DNA of 32,301 bases from a virus. Its lineage: Duplodnaviria; Caudoviricetes. Both the position numbers and the translations under genes were made by a program. The stretch spans positions 1-32,301 of the IMG/VR virus record IMGVR_UViG_3300015050_000492. One strand, given 5' to 3'. Under the pieces are notes generated by a model. That model did not search any database. It saw nothing but the letters and a program-made list of their open reading frames with translations, and was not told where the DNA came from. Shown here piece after piece: positions 7,968 to 15,960 of the stretch (positions within the stretch are counted from its first letter, which is position 1; the number at the start of each line of letters is the position of its first letter).

Positions 7968-9551
7968 TTACTTCTTATTGAGACGCTTAAAAGCATCATC
8001 ATTACGATGACGATGATCACAGAGCTGACAGATAAACTGCTTAGCTCCAACCCACACCAACTTATCTACTTCACTAGGTGAGGGCTCTTGTCCACATTCA
8101 GTACAGCCCGGCTTAATGGCAGCCATATACTGAGAGAATGTTAGGACACGTCCCTGATAACCAGTGTATTCCCTGTTGGTGTCCCACTTATTACCAAAGA
8201 CAATATCAAGCTCCTCATTCAGAGCCTTCCTAATCTCTTCAGCAGTCTCAACCTTTGACTGCTTAGGGACTAGAGGGACAACGTTTGAATACTTCTTGTT
8301 ATCAACAACGATTACTTCGTACTTCTTAGGGTTGGTGTTAGCTGCTACAATATCCTCAACAGAGGGAGCATTATCCATACCCTCAGAAATAGTACGCATA
8401 TCGAGAGTGATGTAACGGTCCCACTTTTCCTTGATCGGGTCCCAATTACAAACAGCACTCTTCACACGACCAAGATAGAACTTCTGGCTCTCAACCCATT
8501 CGTCATGACGAGGATTGTGTTCACTGTAGATACGAATTTCATACAGGTTGTTGACACGACCGCTGTCACAAAGGACATGAGCCATACTACCCTTGGGCTT
8601 ACGTTCACCGAACGTCTGGAAAGGAATTACCTGACCAATCAAAGACTTAGTAGCATTGTCAATGAATTCATTAGCTACACTACCCGTCTTAGTCCCCGTA
8701 GACGGCCCCCCAGAAGTCGTAGTAGGCGGGCGTGCCGTACTCTGGGAAGAGAGAAAAGGGGCACTACCTTCCCCTCCTCCGTGCTTGAAGGCGTTGCCAC
8801 CTTGGGATACGAAAGGGGGCGGCACAAAGCCCTTCACCTCCTCTTCGACAAACATAAGGTTGCCATCAATAGCACCATCGTCCTTGAACTTGATGTAATG
8901 ATGTTGGTACGGAGTAAACTCTGCAATCTTCTGATACTTAACACCAGCAGAACCAAGAGCTACCTCAAGCATCCATTCTTCACTGGCCCAATAGAAATTC
9001 TGCTTATCCTGAGAGAAGCACCAGTGTAGAGGACGTTCGTTGTTACGGATGAAGTTGATACGACCATTGCGCTTATCATGCCACACAAGAGCCCATGCAC
9101 CCTTAGTCTTAGCAAGAGTTTCCTTCCACCCATTCTTATCGAATGAGTAGATGAGGGCCTCGCTGTCCACTTCAAACTTCTCATGACCGTCAATGTTGCT
9201 CAACCAACGCTGATCGAGCGTACCATTATGGGCACCAGTGATATTACCGTGCTGGAATGGATGGGCATTCTCTGGCACCTTCTTACCAACGGTAGCAAAA
9301 CGATTATGCCCCATTAGAAGCTTATTACCAAACCCCTTCACTGTATCGTCATCATCGAAATCATCACGATATTCGTCATACAGATGCCAAGGACGACCAA
9401 CAGCTTTGAGAAGCTTCACTTCGTCCTTGTTACTAATGATTGCTACGCCAGTGGAATGAGGACTATTGTAAGCACCTTGTTCAAGGAGATTACGAAATGC
9501 CTTCTTCTCACCACCGTAAATCTTACCGGCAACACCTACCAAACGGCACAA
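7968..9551 (-). CDS. Class II (Ntn) glutamine amidotransferase with long C-terminal extension and Zn ribbon
   Basis: N-terminal nucleophile MCRLVG (TTG start, AAGGAG RBS), HSTGVA, GHNRFATVG, NAHPF, GAHNGTL, VDSEAL; C-terminal CTEC...CQLC. Confidence 0.92.
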   Translation of the reverse strand: MCRLVGVAGKIYGGEKKAFRNLLEQGAYNSPHSTGVAIISNKDEVKLLKAVGRPWHLYDEYRDDFDDDDTVKGFGNKLLMGHNRFATVGKKVPENAHPFQHGNITGAHNGTLDQRWLSNIDGHEKFEVDSEALIYSFDKNGWKETLAKTKGAWALVWHDKRNGRINFIRNNERPLHWCFSQDKQNFYWASEEWMLEVALGSAGVKYQKIAEFTPYQHHYIKFKDDGAIDGNLMFVEEEVKGFVPPPFVSQGGNAFKHGGGEGSAPFLSSQSTARPPTTTSGGPSTGTKTGSVANEFIDNATKSLIGQVIPFQTFGERKPKGSMAHVLCDSGRVNNLYEIRIYSEHNPRHDEWVESQKFYLGRVKSAVCNWDPIKEKWDRYITLDMRTISEGMDNAPSVEDIVAANTNPKKYEVIVVDNKKYSNVVPLVPKQSKVETAEEIRKALNEELDIVFGNKWDTNREYTGYQGRVLTFSQYMAAIKPGCTECGQEPSPSEVDKLVWVGAKQFICQLCDHRHRNDDAFKRLNKK

Positions 9552-9562
9552 ATCAATTCTCC

Positions 9563-10291
9563 TTATTCAAACGGAATGAAATCTTGGACGGGAATTTTCT
9601 TGATAATGCCATTAGCAATATCATTACTAACCCTGAACATATCAGCGTTAGTTAGCAGGTAATTGTTAACGAAGAAGAAGAACACATCACGACACTGACC
9701 ACGACCAGCATCAAACTCAGGATGAGGCTGATAGCACAGGCTATGGGTTTCAGGATAGTAAATGCTCTCTACATCTTCTTCCTTTTGGTATCGCGTAATA
9801 ATCCCAACTCCCTGACTCCCCATTCGCTCCTTCTGAGTGGAAAGCTTAGCAGTGACGAGAACAATACTCTCTACGTCATCTGGAGCAGGACACATCATCT
9901 GATGGTGAGTGCTAGTCACATCAATTTCACCAATGAAACCAGTGACATGAGCTTTATGTGTACCAGAGATGGCATGGTTATTCACATGCTGCCACATACG
10001 TCCACCATTCATGACGTTGAGGAACTGACCACCACGACAGATACCAGCCATAGGGATACCAAGCTCAACAGCCTTCTTGAAGATTTCAGCCTCAGCTCTA
10101 TCACGATTGATATTACTCATAGTCTTGGGATGAGGGCGTTCTCCATAAAGATCAGGAGTTACATCTTCACCACCAGTGAACAGAACCAAGTCACTCTCTT
10201 CAATCGTCTTAGCCATGTCCCATTCACGCTCAAGGAACATGTTCACATACTGGTGATTACCAGCAACGATGTATACAGACTTATTAGCCAT
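9563..10291 (-). CDS. Class I glutamine amidotransferase-like / peptidase C26 (gamma-glutamyl hydrolase family)
   Basis: LFTGGEDVTPDLYGE, GICRGGQFLNV (catalytic Cys), STHHQ, YQPHPE (His-x-Glu). Confidence 0.9.
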   Translation of the reverse strand: MANKSVYIVAGNHQYVNMFLEREWDMAKTIEESDLVLFTGGEDVTPDLYGERPHPKTMSNINRDRAEAEIFKKAVELGIPMAGICRGGQFLNVMNGGRMWQHVNNHAISGTHKAHVTGFIGEIDVTSTHHQMMCPAPDDVESIVLVTAKLSTQKERMGSQGVGIITRYQKEEDVESIYYPETHSLCYQPHPEFDAGRGQCRDVFFFFVNNYLLTNADMFRVSNDIANGIIKKIPVQDFIPFE

Positions 10292-11196
10292 TAGAATAGC
10301 TCCTTATATTTATGTAGATAGGGGAGAACAGCGTCCATAGCTGCCTCCAACTTGGGGAATAGTCCCACTGGCTTAGCTCTAGCCGCACCAAAAGGGTTCT
10401 TAGAGGGGGCTGTAGTACCAGATGCTGCTTTTCTCAGAAGATTAGATACCTCAGCAACAGGTGGTACACCTTTCTCATCTTTGTTTGCGTGTGACCACAG
10501 TTTGAATGAATTGAGAGCCCCCGTGTGAGATTCTCTATACGGTTTCTCGAGATTATCGTAGTCTCCCCTCAAGAAGTTGAGAAGATATGCTTCAGGTGAA
10601 GTGGTGGCTTTGGTATTAGATTTCAAATACCCATTGAAACAACCAGTATGGCTGGGAACACTCTCATTCACATAACCATCTCTGTCTACATACATCTTAT
10701 GAGCAAACACGAACGCAACACTCGGATGCAAACCACGCTTAACAAATTCCCACCACATACGGAGGGAGTGGGGGTGTTCATTAAAAATACGAGTAGACAT
10801 GAGAGCAGCAGACATAAGATTAGCTGGCTTCTCAGGATTTCCCATCAGAACACGATGATCAAGGGCACTTGCTGCTTCATCCTTAAGCAACCCATCCTTG
10901 AATGGGCTATGGAACAACAACCATTCAGTGAAGGTGCGCTCCATCTCAGGATGATCATCTTTCAATGTAGTCATATTCTTCTGGATACCAGAAAATACAG
11001 ACAACAATTTCTTACCTTCTGGAACTGCTCCTTCAATGTAGTAGGGAGAGGCTAATGCAGCATGACAGTAACCATTCCAATGATGGCCAGCAATCTCCCC
11101 ATTAGCATCAATCCATGCCATAGTAGCTACGGCATTGATACGCCTAGGATGTTCCTTCTTCCAAGCTATTCTAGCGGTTTCTAACGCCTTATCCAT
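10291..11196 (-). CDS. Hypothetical protein within amidoligase cluster (301 aa)
   Basis: GAGGAG RBS, TAATG coupling to the C26 gene; no motif recognised. Confidence 0.8.
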   Translation of the reverse strand: MDKALETARIAWKKEHPRRINAVATMAWIDANGEIAGHHWNGYCHAALASPYYIEGAVPEGKKLLSVFSGIQKNMTTLKDDHPEMERTFTEWLLFHSPFKDGLLKDEAASALDHRVLMGNPEKPANLMSAALMSTRIFNEHPHSLRMWWEFVKRGLHPSVAFVFAHKMYVDRDGYVNESVPSHTGCFNGYLKSNTKATTSPEAYLLNFLRGDYDNLEKPYRESHTGALNSFKLWSHANKDEKGVPPVAEVSNLLRKAASGTTAPSKNPFGAARAKPVGLFPKLEAAMDAVLPYLHKYKELF

Positions 11197-11203
11197 TCAC
11201 TCC

Positions 11204-12088
11204 TCACACGATAGCTGCATCGGAAATAGACGGATGGATGAGGCTCTTCCAAGACTTGTAATCCTTCACAGGAATAGTCTTACGTTTGTCACCATCCATC
11301 ATATACTTGAAGGCATCAGCAAGACGAGCCCCGTAATACGGCCAAACTTCAGGGGCAGTATTAACCTCAAGGAAATAGGCCTTACCGTCCTTCTCAATCA
11401 CATCAACAGCTCCGAAATGGAGCTTGCTGAGATTGAATGCCTTGATAGCGTTCTCAACAACATGCAGAGGCCACTGGCTCCAACGATAGAGAACAAGGGA
11501 GCCTTCATCAACACAACCCCAAGAGACAGCCTTCTTATCCTTGACAATCTTCTCAAAGACCATCAAGACACGGCCATTTGCAACAAAAACCCGCCATTCC
11601 CGATCCTTCTTTACGTACTCACTGATGTAGTAAGGACCATTAATCGCTTTAACAGCCTTATCTGCCTGCTCAGGAGTGGAGCAAAGGAAAATCCCTTCAC
11701 TACGTTCATGATGTCGAGAACGAATGATAATGTCACCAACTTCTCCCTCGTATTCAGCGAGTTCCTTCATACTACCCCAAGTTTTAGGGGTGAGCCCACT
11801 AGCGTGGGCTTTCAGACGGAAGGTGCCCTTGTCACTAGTCTCAGTGATAGCTGAGGCGTGATTAATAACCTTCGTGTCTTTATTCGGAATGGGGCTAGTA
11901 GTACCCCAACGAATAGCCCAATTCAGATTCTTAGCGTCCTTAACCTCTACAATAGAAGCCTTAACACCAAGGTCCTTAAGCCCTTCGATAATAAAGCCAC
12001 AGTTATTACCAAGCTCCTTACGACGAACGATGGCAATACCACCGATAACCACCACACGAGCCTTAGCAGGTGCCCACTTATTCAGCAT
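11204..12088 (-). CDS. ATP-grasp peptide/amide ligase (RimK/phiEco32-like)
   Basis: DKGTFR, YYISEYV, EWRVFVANG, FGAVDVI, YFLEVNTAPE (E-x-N metal ligands). Confidence 0.92.
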   Translation of the reverse strand: MLNKWAPAKARVVVIGGIAIVRRKELGNNCGFIIEGLKDLGVKASIVEVKDAKNLNWAIRWGTTSPIPNKDTKVINHASAITETSDKGTFRLKAHASGLTPKTWGSMKELAEYEGEVGDIIIRSRHHERSEGIFLCSTPEQADKAVKAINGPYYISEYVKKDREWRVFVANGRVLMVFEKIVKDKKAVSWGCVDEGSLVLYRWSQWPLHVVENAIKAFNLSKLHFGAVDVIEKDGKAYFLEVNTAPEVWPYYGARLADAFKYMMDGDKRKTIPVKDYKSWKSLIHPSISDAAIV

Positions 12089-12099
12089 ATCAATTCTCC

Positions 12100-12324
12100 T
12101 TATTCGTTCTGAAGGGTGAGTGGTTCATTGTAATCCTTCACATCAGGATGTGAATACACCTCTCCTATCTTACTAATTCCCGGATCGTGTCCAAGAGCAA
12201 GAACGGTGTGTTTGTTAACATCCACACTCAAATAAATATTCCCTGAGATACTACCCTTAGTCAATTTGGGATAGGGCTTTTCTTTCGGCTTAGATACACA
12301 ACAATCAATCTTCTTAATTCCCAT
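12100..12324 (-). CDS. Hypothetical protein
   Basis: AAGGAG RBS, operon orientation. Confidence 0.7.
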   Translation of the reverse strand: MGIKKIDCCVSKPKEKPYPKLTKGSISGNIYLSVDVNKHTVLALGHDPGISKIGEVYSHPDVKDYNEPLTLQNE

Positions 12325-12327
12325 TCT

Positions 12328-12879
12328 TCAACACTCCTTCTTGCTAGAACTAGCGAGTACGCCAGCATCTGTCCGAATTGCATACATGAATCGTGAGGTA
12401 GTGCCCCACACACTTTCACATTTCTCCTTAGTTGAAGAATAGTCAGCACTAATCTCAGGCTTCCCATTCTCCCTATAGAACACAGCCCTCCATTCTTCAG
12501 GCGGAGGGGGAATGTATTCCTTATACACACTCCAATCACCATCTTTGAGAAAGCCGGGAGTTCCTTTGTTGTTCACATAAGCCCATCGGCCATTACTCAT
12601 ACGATGTTCAACCGTATAAATTGTTTCGGGATACGCCTTATAATTCTTCTCCCCACAGAAAACATATTGTTTTCCAATTTCAAATCCAGACGGAAGGATT
12701 AGTTCAACGCATCGAGGATTATGGGCAATAGATGATTGTCTATATTCAGTGTAGGGCCACCCATCATACGGAGCCGTACCTACTTGTACAACAATAGCCT
12801 CATCACCAATCTGCATACCAGCATTTCCGGGAGACGAGATACGTCTAATCCTGTCACCAATTTTGTATTTGGTAGTCAT
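12328..12879 (-). CDS. Hypothetical protein with repeated SH3/KOW-like beta modules
   Basis: YKIGDRIR and FEIGKQY starts of two modules; AAGGA RBS. Fold assignment is inference. Confidence 0.7.
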   Translation of the reverse strand: MTTKYKIGDRIRRISSPGNAGMQIGDEAIVVQVGTAPYDGWPYTEYRQSSIAHNPRCVELILPSGFEIGKQYVFCGEKNYKAYPETIYTVEHRMSNGRWAYVNNKGTPGFLKDGDWSVYKEYIPPPPEEWRAVFYRENGKPEISADYSSTKEKCESVWGTTSRFMYAIRTDAGVLASSSKKEC

Positions 12880-12907
12880 AACCTATCCTTCCATGTTAAA
12901 CATAGCG

Positions 12908-13009
12908 TACAATCGATTTAGAGCCTCACTGACGGCTGTTTAGCTGTTGTCTGGTGTCACCCTAGCCTGAAACCTAAACGCCTGTCCTAGAGGCCCTATT
13001 CAGCCTTGT
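12908..13009. repeat. Long imperfect inverted repeat (hairpin element copy B), intergenic
   Basis: AGCCTC-ACT-GAC-GGC-T-GTTTAG pairs with CTAAAC-GCC-T-GTC-CTA-GAGGCC; shares CTAAACGCCTGTC and a 36-nt arm with copy A. Confidence 0.7.
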
Positions 13010-13061
13010 TCAATTCATTCTCCATTTGAATTTGTAAGGGAAATTGCAGGGACTAGACTCT

Positions 13062-13295
13062 TTAATCCCCATCTTCCTTCCAAGGAGTGTATTGATTAAT
13101 ATTCAAATAGTTGGCCATCCCTGAAGTATTATACCATTCAGTAGACACAAAACCCTCATAATTGACCAAACTATATACAATACCTCTACCATCCATCAAA
13201 TTTGTTTTGATGAATATATATTTTCTACTCATAACCCCCATTACAGGACGCATTTTCTCTACATCTTTTTGTTCCCATTCATAACGTATCTTCAT
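13062..13295 (-). CDS. Hypothetical early protein
   Basis: ATGA coupling, GAGGAG upstream. Confidence 0.7.
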   Translation of the reverse strand: MKIRYEWEQKDVEKMRPVMGVMSRKYIFIKTNLMDGRGIVYSLVNYEGFVSTEWYNTSGMANYLNINQYTPWKEDGD

Positions 13296-13525
13296 AGTCC
13301 AATCTCCTCATCACCGTATTCGTTTGAATAGGCATACGTTACAGGGATGGCTTCCAATTCACCAAGCATATCCATCCCCTCATTCCATCCCCATTCCCAT
13401 TGCTTATGATCAATAGAGCCGGGAGGGTAGGGATTGTGTTTATCCAAGCCAAGATAGGCACAATCGAAGCCATGATCATTAGCGCTGTTATGCTTGAGAC
13501 GTAGGAAGTTACTTGCTCCAAACAT
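13292..13525 (-). CDS. Second RMF/CrpP-fold-like small protein (77 aa)
   Basis: DHGFDCAYLGLDKHNPYPPGSIDHKQWEWGWNEG; ATG 13525 with AAGGAG RBS preferred over 13624. Confidence 0.7.
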   Translation of the reverse strand: MFGASNFLRLKHNSANDHGFDCAYLGLDKHNPYPPGSIDHKQWEWGWNEGMDMLGELEAIPVTYAYSNEYGDEEIGL

Positions 13526-13540
13526 TTCAGTCTCCTTCAT

Positions 13541-13583
13541 TGACACATAGACAGACGCCAATAGGAGCGTCTGCTTAATATCA
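13541..13583 (-). other. Post-stop stem-loop, early family (possible RNA processing site)
   Basis: TGAT-ATTAA-GCAGACGC...GCGTCTGT-CTATG-TGTCA on the minus strand. Confidence 0.5.
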
Positions 13584-13790
13584 ATCTCTTTCACTACGAA
13601 AGTATTTCCTATCTTCAGGATCAAGAATATTCACCTCTTGCCATCCAATACGTACCATTTCATCCCATGTTACAGGTTTATTTACTATTCTCGCTATTAG
13701 AGAGAACTCGTTTCTCTCTAATGCCCACATACCTCCCCATCTATTATGAATGTAATATTCGGGTCTATCATGCAATCCCATCAAAATCAC
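13581..13790 (-). CDS. Hypothetical early protein
   Basis: ORF in operon orientation; ATG 13781 with GGAG is an alternative start. Confidence 0.6.
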   Translation of the reverse strand: MILMGLHDRPEYYIHNRWGGMWALERNEFSLIARIVNKPVTWDEMVRIGWQEVNILDPEDRKYFRSERD

Positions 13791-13968
13791 TCCAATCTAG
13801 CCATACGCCTCTCTGCCTAAGCAGATGAACAGAATAAGCTCTCACGTGCCAATCATATGCAGGGGGCAGCTCTATGTAATACTTTGGCATTGCACTTGTC
13901 CTTTGTGCTCTACTGAGATTGATTAGTTCAGTCTCTCTCATTTCATCGTATGTCATTTCCTCAGCCAT
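13768..13968 (-). CDS. Hypothetical early protein
   Basis: 66-aa ORF overlapping both neighbours in operon orientation. Confidence 0.6.
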   Translation of the reverse strand: MAEEMTYDEMRETELINLSRAQRTSAMPKYYIELPPAYDWHVRAYSVHLLRQRGVWLDWSDFDGIA

Positions 13969-14213
13969 GCACCTGAATAAACATGGTTAGAAATACCACA
14001 CCCATCGTTATCATCGAAATACAAAGTCACATGTTGATGATGTCCGACGGCATCTCTAGGCCACATCTGTTCTGGATCGAACTCATCCGGCCCATCGGGG
14101 ATGAGCCTAGTTTCTATCACAACAAATGGCCCTTCATCGCTCCCACGAAAGAACACTTCATCACCTTTGATGAAGATTTGATTATGTTTAGCGGTTATCC
14201 TATGCATAGCCAT
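13953..14213 (-). CDS. Hypothetical early protein
   Basis: AGGAG directly upstream of ATG 14213/14207; the upstream extension to 14408 crosses hairpins and is probably not translated. Confidence 0.6.
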   Translation of the reverse strand: MAMHRITAKHNQIFIKGDEVFFRGSDEGPFVVIETRLIPDGPDEFDPEQMWPRDAVGHHQHVTLYFDDNDGCGISNHVYSGAWLRK

Positions 14214-14384
14214 TTCTCCTATGGCGTTATCAGTCTCAATTCTTACAGGAAAACACGTGTGGCCCGATCTCACATTGCCGGGGGAGGACAATGGAAATCG
14301 GGCTATAAGCTGACAACGGTAGCTCACACGGTCTAAATGACAGCTATCCATATAAGCATGGTCGCCATTGATAGGCCCTTCACT

Positions 14385-14484
14385 ATCATCTAGCAAAGGC
14401 AGGCACACAGTTGCCCATGTGCCTGCTAATGTCAGATGACAATCTGATCATGATCGATGCATTAGCATCGACATGTTAGACGAC
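14385..14484 (-). other. Two tandem stem-loops of the early family
   Basis: GTCGTCTAACATG-TCGATGC/GCATCGA stem, then GTCATCTGACATTA-GCAGGCACA/TGTGCCTGC-CTTTGCTAGATGAT. Confidence 0.6.
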
Positions 14485-14642
14485 TAGCCCCTAAGATTGA
14501 CATGGCCATGATAAGCATAGCCCGGTGCCTTCACTACCTTACGATGAATAGAATACTGGGGTACGCCACCCTTACACATAGCCTTGTAGTTAGCTTTATT
14601 GTTGAGGCGAGTGTTGATTGCGAACAGAACAGCCTTATCCAT
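14484..14642 (-). CDS. Small basic early protein (52 aa)
   Basis: Hand translation MDKAVLFAINTRLNNKANYKAMCKGGVPQYSIHRKVVKAPGYAYHGHVNLRG; GGAG RBS. Confidence 0.65.
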   Translation of the reverse strand: MDKAVLFAINTRLNNKANYKAMCKGGVPQYSIHRKVVKAPGYAYHGHVNLRG

Positions 14643-14666
14643 TTCTAATCTCCGATATTTCTAAGC

Positions 14667-14725
14667 ACCATTGCCTAGCAAAGAGGCAGAGACATTAAGC
14701 CTCTGCCCTAATGTTAGACGACGAT
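14667..14725 (-). other. Post-stop stem-loop, early family
   Basis: ATCGTCGTCTA-ACATTA-GGGCAGAG/CTCTGCCT-CTTTGC-TAGGCAATGGT directly after the TAA at 14725. Confidence 0.6.
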
Positions 14726-15402
14726 TAGGCGGCCTTAACTTCCTGCGCTTCCGGCTCATCAGTAACCGGGGGTGCAATTGCAATGACGGGGGTTTCAACC
14801 GTAGCATTCTCATTCGCTACAGTTTCAGCCGCTTCGTCGATGTGATGCAGCACAGCCTGCTTAACCGCATCTTCCAAGGAAGAGGCGACGGCGGCAGGCA
14901 GCTTAATGTTATTCTTTTCAGACTTCGCCTTAATCTGTGTCCCTGCCTTGATGACGATATCAAGCAAGGCGTTAAGGTCGTAAACCTTGGGCTGCGACAA
15001 GTCGATTGTGTAGAAGGGTTCAAGAGACATGAGCGTATCGAAGTCATACACGCCCTTGCGCTTATCTTCACGGCCCTTGATGACATGAAAGCCGATGACT
15101 TCACCATTACCATTTTTCTTGGTAGTGAAGTTGATCCAGTGGGCAGTGTCGCCTTCGGCTCCCTCTGCATAACCAAAGTGCTTCACAATCCAGCCCTTCA
15201 AGGCAGTCTGATCATTCACCTTTAGCGCTGCGAAGAATGTGTTGAGCGAAGAACATTCGCCATACTCTGCCGCATGAAACACGGACATAACCGCATTCTG
15301 ATGCTTGCGGACATCCATCTTCGTCAGGGCGGCAACTGTAGCAGCGGTAAAGCGCTTCAGAAGCTTACCATTACGAGCGGTATCGATAAGGGTAGCAGTC
15401 AT
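14725..15402 (-). CDS. First early gene, hypothetical protein (225 aa)
   Basis: GAGG RBS; strongly biased codons; H-x-x-AV...HAAEYG...L...ALKGW pattern reminiscent of podophage early proteins of unknown function. Confidence 0.85.
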   Translation of the reverse strand: MTATLIDTARNGKLLKRFTAATVAALTKMDVRKHQNAVMSVFHAAEYGECSSLNTFFAALKVNDQTALKGWIVKHFGYAEGAEGDTAHWINFTTKKNGNGEVIGFHVIKGREDKRKGVYDFDTLMSLEPFYTIDLSQPKVYDLNALLDIVIKAGTQIKAKSEKNNIKLPAAVASSLEDAVKQAVLHHIDEAAETVANENATVETPVIAIAPPVTDEPEAQEVKAA

Positions 15403-15960
15403 AACAAAACCTCATGTTTGATTGTGGAGCTAAATGGGCAGCTTCCGGACCCCATAACGCTTTAGCGCCATGTGCCAATAGACCGACATGCCTACTAGTG
15501 TCTGTCAAACACAATGCACCCCATACGAACCGGACCGTTAAGCCGTCGTCGCATAGAGCGCACAAGTCTAAGCATGTCTTAATTTCAGAAGAGCGCTTGC
15601 ACGCTGGAAGGTCCGTATTAGTTGCGCTTCCAGCAACCCTAGACCTAGCCCTCTGTTTCTCACGTGTGCCGTTTCGCAACCGTTCAAAGTTGCTACCCGC
15701 TTTAAGGACCATAAGTCCGCACGCTACCTCACGTCTTAGGTGAGAGCCAAGCAACCGCCCCTTTGTGTGCGAATGAGATAGGGAATTGTCCACAAGTCTG
15801 ACCGTTCGCCCTATCCATCCGTTGCCCACACTCATATGCGGCTCCGGCCTAATCTATTGGCAGATGACGCCAATATGCCCAAGCGCTACTTGGGCCTTGC
15901 CATCGCTGGCGCCCGTCCCGGCTAAACCGGGCTAGAGCAACCTCCCCATTAAAGAGGTTC
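15403..15960 (-). ncRNA. Candidate structured early leader or ncRNA
   Basis: Dense run of stems (15603-15634, 15777-15815, 15855-15875, 15877-15895, 15917-15931, 15939-15959) with no credible CDS. Strand inferred from the downstream gene. Confidence 0.4.

Noticed and set aside
5254-11196. NPF/NPW tripeptides near C-termini of three cluster proteins as a docking motif
   Set aside because: Too short to distinguish from chance without homologue alignments; NPF also occurs in the primase and scaffold.
13541-14725. Early repeats as a CRISPR mini-array
   Set aside because: Repeats are degenerate, irregularly spaced and separated by genes; no cas genes.
2306-15465. Many + strand ORFs over the left arm (e.g. 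2797-3546, 5230-5985, 11135-11854)
   Set aside because: Antisense shadows of genes with clear motifs; no recognisable domains.
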